A stretch of 64,000 nucleotides of DNA. Origin: Octopus sinensis (taxonomy: Eukaryota). A program made the translations under genes and the position numbers. The notes beneath the pieces are model-generated. The model was not told where the DNA came from, searched no databases, and was given only the letters and a program-made list of their open reading frames with translations. The stretch lies in contig NC_042999.1 of NCBI RefSeq assembly GCF_006345805.1, forward strand, positions 117,118,001-117,182,000, read 5' to 3'. Of the stretch, positions 50,812 through 64,000 are shown in pieces. Positions within the stretch are counted from its first letter, which is position 1. Every line of letters begins with the position of its first letter.

Positions 50812-51110
50812 CATCATCATCATCATCATCATTTAACGTCCGTTTTTTCATGCCAGCATGGGTTGGACGGTTTGACTGAGGTCTGGTGAGCCAGAAGGCT
50901 GCACTAGGCTCCAATCTAATCTGACAAAGTTTCTACAGCTGGATGCCCTTCTTAATGCCAACCACTCCGAGAGTGTAGTGGGTGCATTTATGTGCCACCG
51001 GCACGAGGGTCAGTCAGGCGTACTGGCATCGACCACGCTCAAATGGTGCTTTTTACATGCCACCTGCAAAGGATCCAGTCCAGCAGCACTGGCAACAACC
51101 ACACTCGGAG
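50812..51110 (-). mobile_element. RTE-type 3' tail, antisense
   Basis: (cat)n ttaacgtccg..ggatgcccttc..gggtgc. Further antisense tails at 27068-27117, 39335-39430, 50208-50350 and 59454-59636. Confidence 0.85.
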
Positions 51111-51759
51111 ATCAACCTTTGCCATCTTGAAGTCTGTTTCTTTAGTACACTTCCGCCTTGTCCAAAAATTCCCCTTCCGGTCAACTTATACTTAAAAGGC
51201 CACCCCACACGTGCTCTATCTCATTCACCTAGCAGCTATATCCTGAGTACAGATAAGTTGAAAACTTATTTTCACTTCTCGACCAATCATACTACACTCA
51301 AAACATGTTTTTATCTATCTATCTATTTTATCTACTTACTAATTACTAATACGCTTAAGCATTCCCTAAGTCCTCTCATCATTAAGTATTCCCTAATTCC
51401 TCTCATCATTATGTGCCGATAATTTCTCCATTTCTCCACCGTCCCTTTATTAATTTTGCCCGTCCAAGTCCTCGCTCTCTCGTCTATCAACCTTCGCGTA
51501 TTCGCGGTGCACCCGCCCTGCCCACCCCCACCACTTATACCGGATATCTCTATATTTTTGCTCCATCTATACCGGATGTCGCTTCTCCCACCACCATTAT
51601 AGGTGTCTACTCTTCGAACCCCCCCCTTCAATACGCTATTTCACCATGCATTACCCCTCTCGTGATATCCTACGTTCTACTTGTCTAGAACCTGTCATCG
51701 TTTCTCTGAACACCCCTCCCCACTGGTGCTCCTCTATATTTCTGCCCCCCCCCACATAA

Positions 51760-52041
51760 AGAGCACCATCCGAACGTGGCCGATGCCAGCACCGCCCCGA
51801 CTGGCTTCTGTGCAGGTGGCACATAAAAAGCACCAACCAACCGTGGCCGATGCCAGACCCCTCTGGCACCTGTGCAGGTGGCACGTAAAAAGCACCCACT
51901 ACACTCGCGGAGTGGTTGGCGTTAGGAAGGGCATCCAGCTGTAGAAACACTGCCAGACCAGACTGGAGCCTGGGGCAGCCCCTGGCTTCCCAGACCCCGG
52001 TCGAAACCGTCCAACCCGTGCTAGCGCGGAAAACGGATGTT
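51760..52041 (+). mobile_element. RTE-type 3' tail with tandem modules
   Basis: Matches 42553-42852. Confidence 0.85.
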
Positions 52042-52433
52042 AAACGATGATGATGATGATGATATATCATTAGAGTGATACCTATTGCTTTGTAGGTTTG
52101 TCCAGGATGTAAGAAAATAAGTTTACCATTGCTAATAGTGTTTAAACATGCTTCTTTTTTTTCATTAGTATCTGTAGTACAGTATCTTAACCCTTTTGAA
52201 TTTTACATTTCCATGGAATTACACTGTTACGTGTGTTTTGATAAATTTTGGGGATAAGAATCTGGTGGGATTTAGTCACTATTAATTTTAGGTTTGGTGT
52301 TCTTATGTAAAATATTGATACAAGGTTTTAATTCAATTTAAATATGGTCACTTTAAAGTTTTGAATTTTAGAAACTGCAGCATTCTTATTTGTCCCAGCA
52401 TTGAAAGTAAAGGGTAATATAACAATAATAATA

Positions 52434-53108
52434 ATCCTTTCTATTATAGGCACAAGGCCTGAAATTTGGTGGGAGTGGACTAGTTTATCACATCGATACT
52501 AGTACTCATTTGGGTACTTATTTCATTAACCCCAAGGATGAAAGGCAAAGTTGACTTTGGTGGAATTTGAACTCAGAATGTAAGATGGACAAAATGCTGT
52601 TAAGCATATTGCCCAGCATGAAATGATAAAATAATAATAACAATCCTTTCTACTAAAGGCACAAGGCCTGAAATTTGGGAGGAGGGTCTAGTCGATTGCA
52701 TTGAGCCCAGTGTTTCACTGGTACTTAATTTATCGACCCTGAAAGAATGAAAGGCAATGCTGACCTTGATAGAGTTTGAATTCAGAATGTAGCTGCAGAC
52801 GAAATACCAGTGAGCATTTTGTCTGGCATGCTAACAAATCTCTCAGGTCGGCACCTTAATAATAATAATATAATAATAATAATAATGGTTTAAAATTTTG
52901 CCACAAGGGCAGCAATTTTGGTGGAGGGCATGAATTGATTACATCAACCCCCCCCCCCCAGTGTTCAACTGGTACTTATTTTACTGACACCCCAAAAGGA
53001 TGAAAGGCAAAGTCAACCTCAATGGAATTTGAACTCAGAACATAGTGACAGACAAAATTCTGCTAAGCATTTCGCCCAACCTGCTAATGATTCCACCATC
53101 TCACTGCC

Positions 53109-53157
<49 letters not shown>

Positions 53158-53240
53158 AAATAATGATAATAATAATAATAATTGCTTCTAATTTTGGCTC
53201 AGGGCCACCAATTTTAGGGGGACAGGGATAATCAATTACA
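52434..53240 (-). mobile_element. Tandem array of ~4 SINEs (family of 146-2446) separated by (TAA)n
   Basis: Units at 52434-52620, 52642-52858, 52885-53111 and, partially, 53180-53240. Confidence 0.85.
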
Positions 53241-53479
53241 TTATATATATGTATATATATATATATATATATATGACCTATACTGTGAGTAAATTGTGGA
53301 GAGATATTCTTTTAAATTCAGTAAGTGCTGATTATTTTTTGATGACTGCACTTGACGTGGAAAATCATTAGACTCCATTTAGTTCTTTTGTATAAAGGGA
53401 GATAAATTTTGATTGCTGATATGCTAGAATGATATTTTGAAACGCCACTTGGTTGATGAATAAGTGGATGAGAGTGTAT

Positions 53480-53707
53480 TTAACCCTTTTGTTACCAGCC
53501 CTGCTGAAACCGGCTCTGGCTCTGAGTACAAATGTCTTGTTTTCATAAGTTTTGAATTAAAATCTTCCACCAAACCTTAGTCACAATTTATGTTCCTAAC
53601 ACTAGCATAATGATAATCAAGTAATTTTACTAAATTCTTTGTTATATTTAAAGTAATTGAAAGAAACACAGAGCATCCCAAAATAAATACAGTTACGAAA
53701 GGGTTAA
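53480..53707. mobile_element. piggyBac-like MITE, family B
   Basis: TTAA|CCCTTTTGTTAC...GTTACGAAAGGG|TTAA. Confidence 0.75.
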
Positions 53708-54710
53708 TATAGGAAACATTAAGAAAAAAATGGTTAATGACAACTAATATTATTTTTCCATATTTCTGGTAAACTATTTCTGGTTGGAAAGCAAACTTCT
53801 GACCATACAGCCACATAAATATTATTGTACCTTTATAATTTTACTGTTCCAGGTATTATGCATTAAATATGCCAACACTCACTCACCTGCTGTTTATGAT
53901 GCCGAGTGTGTCCTTGGATTATTTAATTTCTGAACAGTTGTATTGTTTTTTTTATCAACAAACACACATATCTTTATATTTACGTAGTGATTTGTCTATT
54001 ACAATGTTGGTGTGTATGTATGTGGCTAAATGTCTCTGATGAGTTCAGTATAATACTGAATCTTAATCAGAGTTGTCTTTTTTACTTATGGGGAAAAGTG
54101 CAAATATAATATTAGTCATTAACAAAATATTCTCCCCTGAAACATTTTATTGTACTTCAGATGTCTAATGTGTCACACATTAAATAGTCTGACTGATATA
54201 TTTACTGCACAACTGTCATTTTGCTGTAAATAAAGTGTTATCTTATATATAAGTGCTACAGACATTGGAGCACAATGTCCCAGTTGATCCAGAATGAAAG
54301 TTCAGGTGGCTGAGTGCTCCACAGAAAATGCATACCCTTAATGTAGTTCTCAGGGAGATTCAGTGTGATACAGAATGTGACAAGTCTGGTCCTTTTAATT
54401 ACGAGGCAACTCACTTTTGCCAGCTGAGTGGACTGGAACAGTGTGAAATATGCCACTGGGTATCAAACCCACGACCTGGTAACCATGAGCTGAATACCCT
54501 AACCACTAAGCCATGTACCTTCACATAATTCTGATTTAGAGAAGTTTAAATTCACTCTACAACCTTGTGAATAATACTGAATTCTTACTAACTCTTAACT
54601 TTGTTTTCTTATATAAGGTAATATGAGGAATAAGGGAAGTAACTTTGATGTTTACATATCCTCCTTGGCTGGTGAAATTAAAGTTACAGATATGTAGCTT
54701 AAAATTCTAT

Positions 54711-55044
54711 TTAATCATTTAGTATTCAAACTGGCCATATCCAGCCAAAATATTCGATGCATTTTATGTTCAAACTAGCCAGATCCAGCCTCTCACACTT
54801 ACCCTACAATGTTCTAAAAGTAAGCAATCACATTATGAAAATTTTGAAGCTATAAGATAATCCATAATTAATTCAAGATTGGAGCCTGGTGCAGCTATCT
54901 GGTTCACCAGCCCTCAGTCAAAATCGTCCAACCCATGCTAGCATGGAAAGCGGACGTGAAACGACGATGATGTTGATGAATTCAAAACAATATGAATAAA
55001 TAGACATAACGTTTGATAGAATAATCTGAATGCTAAAGGGTTAA
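54711..55044. mobile_element. Family A MITE interrupted by a ~100-bp RTE tail (54877-54978)
   Basis: Homology to 14769-14995; the insert is flanked by an aattcaa duplication. Confidence 0.8.
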
Positions 55045-57389
55045 ACAAAAAGACCTTAATCTATTTGTAACTTCTTTTGAAGTGGTGTTTCATTAGGATT
55101 AAAGAACACCTCTCCAGCTGATTATGGATTCCTGCACAAGTGTGTACCAGGTTTCTCATGGAAGATTAACAGTTGTTCATACATACAAGTTTCCTGTTAC
55201 TAGGCTGCTGATGGTGTTGAGAAAAGCAATGCTGATATAGCTTGTTTACCAGTGTTGTTGTAGGTGCTGCTGTCAGAATGCAAAAGCTGGAACAGATACT
55301 ATAAGGCTTACCATCTGATGCTCTAACAGTTCCCAGATTGGTACCTTTCTTAGATGAATTCCGAAAGATGAAAGACACTATTGAATATTTGCTTTGTTAA
55401 TTGTTTACTACAACTTTGGTGTGTAAGTGTTTGGCTGGTAAGTTCAGTATAATACTGAAACATGTCCAGAGTTGTCTCCTGTACTTACTGGAACAGTTGA
55501 AACATAACAGTTGATATCAACTAATGGGATTTCAGCTCAAGGGTACAGAGAGCTGGGAAAAATTTTACTGAGGTTTTTTATCCAATGCTCTTATGATTCT
55601 GTAAAATCACCACATAAGTGACACATAGCAATATTGTTTTAGGCCTTTCTCATGATCTGTGTCAAAGCAAAAACTGAGTTCTTAGAATCAGTAAAACACA
55701 CCAATTTCCAATTTTGTCTCTTTCCTAGTAAAAGATCTTTGTCAGCATTGTTTTCAAAAAGAAGTTAATGGTTGAGTGAAGAAGTAAATAATTTAACTAA
55801 GCATTTTAATTAATTTATTTCGACACTGATGTTGTTTAGACTGAAGATGTCCTTGATTAAATAGACTAACGATTAAAGGTATTCTAGTTATGGTAAGCCT
55901 GATCTTTTTTGAAACATAGTGTATCTAGAACTACATTGTTCAATGTAACCTTCCATTTTAAAGATGAAAATGTATAATTTGAGAAAGACTTGGTTGCTAT
56001 TTCTGACAGATTGAGTCATCACATTGAGCTAATTATTAGCTTATATGAATTGTGTTTGAGTGAAACAGATAAAGCAACACTTAAAAGAATTTTATTTAGA
56101 TATTTATTTTCTACTCTAACTGAAAAATAATCACAGGACTTGGGTTTAAAAAGTTTCATGTCACATTCTAAAATTCAGCATATGCGTGCACATACACACA
56201 CACATACACACATGGTTCAAATTTCTTCAGCTATGAACATTTTGGACTGAAAGAATCTCGGTTGTATTTTTTATTCGACTAGAGTGAAGTATGCAGTTAT
56301 TTCCCTTCACACAAATTTACATTGATATAGCTTGTCCCCCCCACACTCTCTCACCACTAGATAAGCTATCGGAAAGTGCAGATGACCCAGTTGATAGTGG
56401 TCACCAGCCAAAAGATTAGCAGTCCATCTACTTTGATGAGCACTGCTTTGTATTCATTGCTAACTTAGCAACAATGAAAAATTAATGGCTGTTTATTTTC
56501 TTCATTTAAATGTAGCTTAGAAATCGGTCGGATCAAACAGATTGACAGGCTGTATATAAACTACATAAGGATGAAGTCAACAATGGTTCCTCTATAGCAT
56601 CCCCTCCCTGCTTTTCTCATCACTATGTGCATAATTTTGATCGTAGTTCTGTTAGTTTAAGACTGATCTGAAGTTACACAATAGCTTGGTAGTAAGGTGT
56701 ATTTATCAGACTGCTCAACCAGGGCTGATGTGGGTTCACACAATAACCCAATAATGAGGTAAATCAAAGTGATGGTTAAATAATCATACAAAACATTGTA
56801 TTTTATTTATTAACCAGATTGTTACCTGTCGCTTCACTGCTGGTAAAACTATGTTTTAATCATGCACAGCCCTTCATAAATTGTTCAAAGTAAATTTCTT
56901 TTTTAAAGTCTGTTTTGCTCTGTCTATATGTTGAAAGATACAGAAACAAACAAAAAAGTGTGCATACACACATGCACATGAGTGAATTTAGTAGACAGAA
57001 ACTGAAAGAAGCCCATTGTGTGTATGTGTGTATATATACACACACACACACTAGCAAAAATTGTCTGTGAGTGTGCATGCAAGTTTGAAGGTTTATAACT
57101 AGAGTTCCACCTAACTGATTTGATTGAAATTTCAGACATGCATTTGGTATGTTCCAAGGCATGTTTTAGTCATAACAACTGCTTTCATTAATGTTCAGTT
57201 TTCGCAAAAACTCGATTGATAATTATCGATTTTTTTCACAAAGTCGTCCGATTTCAACCAAACTTGGTACACATTTGTAGTTTGACCCATGGCATCGTGG
57301 TACTCAGCAGATGACCAGAAGACTGAAACTGAACTACAGAAGCACAATGAATTTTTCCAGGCCAGCATGCGAAAGACTGTCATGACCTC

Positions 57390-59390
57390 CTAGTGCAAGT
57401 CTTCTGATTGAAGCTTATCAAACTAATGGAACTTCTTAAGGGAGGACAAATATTTGACCCCATTAGATGTGATATGTTTACTGTTGAATGGTAAAAGAAA
57501 GGCCTATCACATACTCACATTCTAATCTGGCTCTCCATAAAAATACCTCCCGACGATATTGACAAGATTATCTCTGCCGAGATATCAAACCCATCTACTG
57601 ACAGTTAATAGTTAAGGCAACCATGATCCATGGGCCATGTGGACACGGATTCAATTTAGGCTCCCCTTGCTTGAGCAACAATATCTGCTGCAAGAAGTTT
57701 CCAAAAATATTTCTGAAGGAAACGCAAACTGGCGTTGAGGTGCCAACCTGCAGATGGTGGCTTTACCATGAAAATTGGACAACATGAGGTTGACAACAGA
57801 TGGGTTGTACCATATTCACTGCTTCTTTCGAAGACGTTTGGTGCCTACATCAATGTGGAGTGTTGCCATTCTGTCAAGTCCATCAAGTATATCTGTAAAT
57901 ATAGAGCTCAGATGCCACTATGTTCAGTCTACAGCTGGAAAACTGCCGTGACATGGTCATACAATACCAAGTTGGCCATTATATTAGCAGTAACAAGGCC
58001 TTCTGGTGTATTTTTGGTTTTCCAATATACCAAAGGCACCCACCCATCAAGCAACTTGCAGTTCACCTGGAGAACAGTCAAAAGGTGTACTTTACCAATG
58101 CGATTGCTGCCAGAATGGTTGAAGAGCCTTGACAAACTAGTCTCACTGCATTCTTCGCTCTGTGCCGGAATGACCCTTTTGCAAAAACTCTGCTTTATCC
58201 CCAGGTTCCGTCCTACTACACATGGACTAAGCAACAATGGGTGTGCAGAAAGTCAGGCCAGCCAGTTGATTGGCAACCTGGTGTAAAGTTTCACAGCTGT
58301 CTTAGGAGAATTTACACGGTGCATCCGAGCCAACATGAACGCTTTTATCTTCACCTTCTATTACATGAGGTATGTGGGCCTCAGTCGTTTGATGACTTAA
58401 GGACTGTTGATGGCTCAGTTTGCAGTACTTACAGGGAAGCATGCCTCAAGTGCAGTTTGCTGGAAGATGATGCGTAGTGGGAGGCTACGTTATTTGAAGC
58501 TGTTGCATCCCAGACACCTAAGCATCTAGGAGCTCTATTTGCTGTAAGCTGCAAATTTGTGAACTGAACAACCCTTTCTCTTTGTGGCTCAAAATTTAAA
58601 GATGACTTATCGGAGGACTTCATACATCAGGCGAAGTTGCTTTTTCGTAGGATAGAAAGTATAAGCAATGAGGTATACAATCAAGCCTTGATTGACATTG
58701 AAAATACAGTCGCATCACTCAGTGGGAATGACTTGCCCTCATACAGTCTGCCTAAACCGCTGCGTTCAGAGTCAAATTTACTTTCTACAGCTATTTTGCG
58801 AGAGACGTCCTATGACACTGTTGCCCTTGCCAATTTCATCCTAGAAACTGAACTAAAGCTTCTTCCTGATCAACAGTATGTTTATAGTATTGTGACTGAT
58901 CATGTGCGCCACAGGAAAGGTGCTTTGTTTTTTCTTGATGCTCCAGTTAGTAGAGGCAAAATCTTTCTAATGAAGCTCATCCTAGTGAAGATCAGGATGT
59001 AAAAGAGCATTGCGGTTGTGGTCGCATCTTCAAGGATTGCTGCAACTTTGCTGCCTGGCAGCAGAACTGCACACTCCACCTTTAAGTTGCCCCTCAATTT
59101 AACTAAGTCAGAAACACCTACCTGCAATATAAGCAAGTGCTGAAATGCTATCAACTTATTGTGTGAGAATGAGTGTACAATGGCCCACGAGGGAGCTTTT
59201 GACACATTGAACAAAACCCTTCAGGATATCAGGGGTTGTGAAGTCTCCGTGGGAGGTGTTACGCTTTTGCTTTCAGGTAACTTTAGGCAAACTCTTCCTT
59301 TTATCCCCAAAGGCACGTGAGGAGATGAGGTTCAAGCATGCCTTAAGTCGTCTCCACTCTGGCGTCATGCTGTACACATGAGCCATGTCA
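57390..59390 (+). mobile_element. Degenerate Helitron Rep/helicase region
   Basis: Rep motifs VEW*KKGLSHTHILIWL (HUH), MIHGPCG, DNRWVVPY and INVECCHSVKSIKYICKY; GPQSFDDLRTVDG. PIF1 motifs FFLDAP..GK, VASS.IAATLLPGSRTAHSTFKLP and LLSGNFRQTLP. Confidence 0.92.
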
Positions 59391-60490
59391 GCAACTGTTA
59401 GATGTTAATTTCTATAGACTTTTCAACCCTCCATGGAATTTGTTGTTGGTGGTCATCATCATCATCATCGTTTAGCGTCCGTTTTCCATGCTAGCATGGG
59501 TTGAACGGTTCTACTGGGGTCTGTGAAGCCAGAAGGCTTCATCAGGCCCAGTCAAATCTGGCAGTGTTTCTACGGCTGGATGCCCTTCCTAACGCCAACC
59601 ACTCCGTGAGTGTAGTGGGTGCTTTTTACGTGCCAGGTTAAACATAACTGAATAAGGTTGATCAAACACACATGGACATATTTGCAAAATCAAAAATGAA
59701 CACAGTACCCATGACTTTCAGAAACATTTTTTCATGTTCAGAATTGCTGAAGCATGGAATAAACTACCTCCATCAGTTGTTAGCTGTTGAGACACTACAT
59801 CCTTCAAAATTTTCATGCTTCCTGAAATTTACCAACAGTATATCTGATGTCCCCCACCTTTTTATTTTAAAGACTCATTCGCTGATAACTCCCTGTGTAT
59901 TATTCTATGTACTGTTCATGCACTTTTGACTACTTTTTCTGATGGCTTGTAGTGCAGCTGGGCACTATATAATAACTTCATTGTATATATTCATTTTGAA
60001 CTTTTGCAATTTGGTTGTTGTTTAGTCTCAGAACAGTCCTGACTAAACAGACCTATGATCAAAGACAATCCCGCTTTGACTATCTTGTCTTTTTCCTATC
60101 TGCAAAGATTCCATGATTACATTATCCAGTGTATTTGTTTTAAGATGATAGGTTGTAATTTGAGTGAGATTTTGCTACTATTGTTAGCATGTTGAGTGAC
60201 CATGTATAGAATCATTCTGGTTTATGGGAAAGGAGGGAAAATGTAGGCAAAATGGATATACTGCCATACCCGTCCAAACTACTTTCTTAAGAAAGCAGTT
60301 TAAAGGAAAGAAAATTGGGAAAACAAACCTTTATTCATGGTTTGGGAAATGGGATATAGTCATAGACATTGAATGGAGACAGGTGGATGTATTGAGTCGG
60401 TACATTATTTTCGTAATTTTCTCTTTATATACCTACTTCACATTTTGTTTAACCATTTTTCATATTTCTCTTTTATTTATTATATTTCAG

Positions 60491-60580
60491 GTGGTAAAAA
60501 CTGATCAGACATCAGATGAAACCTTTCAATCTTTGTTGGATTTTGGTAAGGCCATGAAGAAGACGACTGTGAAATGTAAG
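60491..60580 (+). CDS. HADH: HADH exon 5
   Basis: tttcag|VVKTDQTSDETFQSLLDFGKAMKKTTVKCK|gtaaga; 90 nt. Confidence 0.95.
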
Positions 60581-60980
60581 GTAAGACCTAGAATATGAAA
60601 TACATAGGTGTATGTTTGTAGCTGTGGACACCAGACAATAATGTGGGTACTATAGTGTAGCTGTGTGGTAGTGGATGGTGATGTCACCATTTTTACTTTT
60701 CATAGACTGAGTGAAGTTAATGTAATGTTCACTTTGAATTCTCTAAGATTAATGGGTTTTTTTTATACCTCTATATCTCAATGAGATTATAATCCAAGCT
60801 GTGTCTTCATGAACGACTTCTGCACGTTCTAGTAATTATTTTAAATTAATCTTTGTCTGAAAAATTATGGAAAGGAGATCCCATACATGTTTTCTACATG
60901 TAGATATGTTGTAATTCCTATCCTGTAATGAAATATGTGTGATATGGAATTACAGATATACAAAATTTTCCAGTTTTTGT

Positions 60981-61018
<38 letters not shown>

Positions 61019-61256
61019 GCACACTTGGAAGTTGATGTAAAAATACAAGATATTTTCAGTGGAAGGAGGTCAGGTTGGCAAAGGGCAACCTCCAAAACAA
61101 GGTAAAAAAGGAACACAATTTCCTCACTTACTCTGCTTGTTAATTGAGATGGAAATACCGAAACTGAATATTTTACTCACACTCTGAAAAAGAAAAAAAG
61201 CACAAAAAATTAAAATAAAGGAAGAAAGTTAATATAATTTTGTTTTATCTTTCAAG

Positions 61257-61329
61257 GACACTCCTGGTTTTATTGTCAACAGACTTTTGGTACCTTATCT
61301 GATGGAAGCAACTCGTTTGATAGAGAGAG
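61257..61329 (+). CDS. HADH: HADH exon 6 (gene continues beyond the window)
   Basis: ttcaag|[24 protein letters not shown](G)|gtaaaa; 73 nt; contains the 3HCDH signature DxPGFIVNR. Confidence 0.95.
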
Positions 61330-63099
61330 GTAAAATAAATTTCAACTTCTGTTAAAACACCTGTGTCCTTTCCTTTTCTTTGATTCACTGTTAGCCTGAT
61401 TATACTTATAAATTATAGATTAGCCTAATGTTTCGTTACAAAAGTGAAAGTGAGCTTGTGAGGATTGAAATAGGGACAAAGAAACATTTTTAATAAGATG
61501 GTTTTATAGTCGTAGAATTAAAATTGTTTTATAACATTGTAAACATATCCAAGACCATGGTAAAGAAGGAATTTTATGGATGTAAATTCTATTTTGCCTC
61601 ATCATTTCTCAAAAATGGTGGGTGGGTGGGTAGAGGTAAAATTTTTCTTAATAGCTTGGTGACGATGGTGGAACTAGTATTTGTCAATCTGAGAACCACC
61701 AGATTAACTTAATCTTATAGATTTTATCTTTTATCTTCTACTTGTTTTAATCATTGGATTGCAGCCATACTGGGGTGTTCGTCAGGAAGGGTTTTCAACT
61801 GCAGTACTTATATTTTTTGTTTTTGAAGTTTAGTACTTATTTTATTGGACTCTTTTGCTGAACGGTTCAGTTACAGGGATGTAAAAAAAAAAAAAACCAA
61901 CATCTGTATGGTGGTGGGGAACAAACGCAAACACACATATACATATATACACATACATATATATTTACAAACACACACACACACATATATACATATATAT
62001 ATATATGTGTATATATCAATAATAATAAAGGGTAAAATTAATTAATCAGTAATTAATAATCCCACCAAGTAGTGTTCAGCATGTTAAAAGGACCATTTAC
62101 AGTAAACTTAAACATTACGTTTTATAATTATGAGTATAATTATAATTAGAGTTCAGCAAAAGAAAACAAATAAAATTGCTTTGCCACATACCGAACTTTT
62201 AGAAATAGCAGCCAAAGAACTTAGCTATTTCTTCTACTATAAGAAGAATCTCCCAGATAATGTATACTCAAAAACAATTCACGTAGGCATAGGGGAAAAA
62301 ATAACGAAAATTCACTCGGCATTTGATTACTTGTGGATGCGTTTCTGAGTTAGATAGATATGGAGATGCAAGAATTACATCTTCATTCTACCATTCTCTT
62401 CATCAGCACAAAGATTTCAAGATTTTAAAGTAGACAGCACTGAAAAAATTGAACATACCTATTTGATTCAAATAACATCAGACAAACTATATCCAACTCC
62501 AATGCCAACAAATTCAAAACATATATATACGAAATAATATATATATGAAATAATACAAAGTACTGGAAAATGAAAGCACAAATCCTAGGCATCTACCAAA
62601 TTCCCAAATGCATAAATGAAGATATCCAATCAATGTAATTGAATCATATATTTATACACATCAACATAGATAATGCATGTTTAGGTGTAAAGATTCTCCA
62701 AGGGTATAAAGAATAAAACCAAGCATACATAAAAATATAGGAGAGATATAAAAGAATATAAAAATATATAAAAGTACATATAAAATCACATATAAATAAG
62801 GATTACATGTAAAACGTTATGCATGATAAATATAGCGGGCGCAAAGCGAATGAGAGGTTGATAAATATAGGAATAAAAATGTCAATCTTCAAAATGGCAG
62901 GCTGCCTAAATTGTCTAAAATTTCTAATACATCTAAATTATGAGATAAAAGTGACTCAAGATATCAAGGTTAAGAACAGTAAATAAAAAGGATCTGAAAA
63001 ATAGGAGGGTGTTTTATCTACGGCTGTTTTAAGGGTACATTACCAGTCAGGGTTTAAAAAGTTAAACTTCCATATATGTAATGTCCCCATCATGTTGCA

Positions 63100-63830
63100 T
63101 TATCCTTATGGAAATCTGACAGAGATGTGATCTATTGGTTCCATTCCCTTAAGTATAAAAAAAATCTACTAGATTTATACAGTTCAATATTTTGAAGTAC
63201 TATGCTTCAATCTCCCCTATTCTTCTTAACAAAGCATTAATATTTGCCCGTAATTTTACTAACATCCGTAAGTTGGACATAGATATCATTCTGGCAGTCA
63301 GGATGACCTTGATCAATTACAATGATCAAAATTGGGTAAGGGCTTATTCCATGGACCTATTTGACATAACCATGGGCTCTTCAGACTCAGCACAGATTAC
63401 GGATTGAGTGGGCTTGTATCTTCTTGTGGAAATAAAAAGTAGCTTCCCTATTCTATCTGGGGGTTTATATAGGGATGATGCCCTACTTATTGCATGCGGT
63501 CTGCCTGATCCTGCTGCTGAAAGGGTAAAAAAGAATTTAAGGAGATTTTGTAAAAAATTTCTTTAACCTTGATATCATTTTCAATATCAGCCCTAAAATG
63601 GCTAACTTTCTAGATGAGCACCAAACTTTACTACCCATACAAAAAGCCAAACCAAACCCTCCAGTACGTCAGTGTTTCCTCTAAACACCCTAGCTCAACT
63701 ATTAATAACATCGTAGTCATCATCTCTATTTGGGTGTTAAATCTATCCGTTAACGAGGAAATCTTCAATCAACACGCTCCTATATATAATAATTACCTTG
63801 AAATTAAGTGGCTTTAATAAAAATATATAC
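63100..63830 (+). mobile_element. Degenerate Penelope-like element reverse transcriptase fragment
   Basis: YYASIS..LL.KAL.FA, FDITMGSSDSAQITD*VGLYLL, GGLYRDDAL (63468-63479) and YPYKKPNQTLQYVSVSSKHP, which are PLE-type RT motifs. Confidence 0.8.
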
Positions 63831-64000
63831 TATATACCAGATACTAAATTAAAAATAAAAATTGCAAATATGGATCCTAATAATAGCATAGGTATAAGAG
63901 AACTAGGTTAATTAAATGATCAACAGCATATTAAATGCTTTAGACTGAGAAATCATAGGTACTATAATAATCATAATAACTGTAAGTATAAACCTTCTAC

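Noticed and set aside
62215-62265. Hammerhead-like remnant on the minus strand (ctgggaga..ttct/agaa gaaat agct)
   Set aside because: The core, cleavage triplet and stem I are all mismatched; too weak to call.
63405-63407. In-frame TGA in the PLE RT as selenocysteine
   Set aside because: It falls where a hydrophobic residue is expected (xxLVGLY), the element is otherwise frameshifted, and no SECIS was seen.

Overview
AT-rich, repeat-dense eukaryotic genomic DNA. The SINE, RTE and microsatellite content strongly suggests an octopod cephalopod (inference). Two host genes are visible. The first coding exon of a WDFY1/WDFY2-family gene lies on the minus strand (9320-9471). Exons 1-6 of mitochondrial 3-hydroxyacyl-CoA dehydrogenase (HADH) lie on the plus strand (37267-61329), and the gene continues past the window. 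The rest is mostly transposable elements: tRNA-derived SINEs (some in head-to-tail arrays), a 5'-truncated RTE LINE with an open ORF, many RTE 3' tails, R4/Dong, CRE-like and Penelope-like remnants, Tc1/mariner copies, a hAT fragment, a Helitron, and TTAA-type MITEs. Three signals stand out. (1) Minimal type I hammerhead ribozyme motifs occur in (TA)n-embedded elements, including a perfect 147-bp-arm fold-back in HADH intron 4 with one hammerhead on each strand. (2) The RTE 3' UTR carries a variable-copy tandem array of compact pseudoknot-like modules, and this tail is also joined to unrelated sequences. (3) A PHD-type C4HC3 finger is inserted in the RTE reverse transcriptase. Nearly all short ORFs in the supplied track are microsatellite or TE artefacts. 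Everything here was read by eye, without database searches or folding software.
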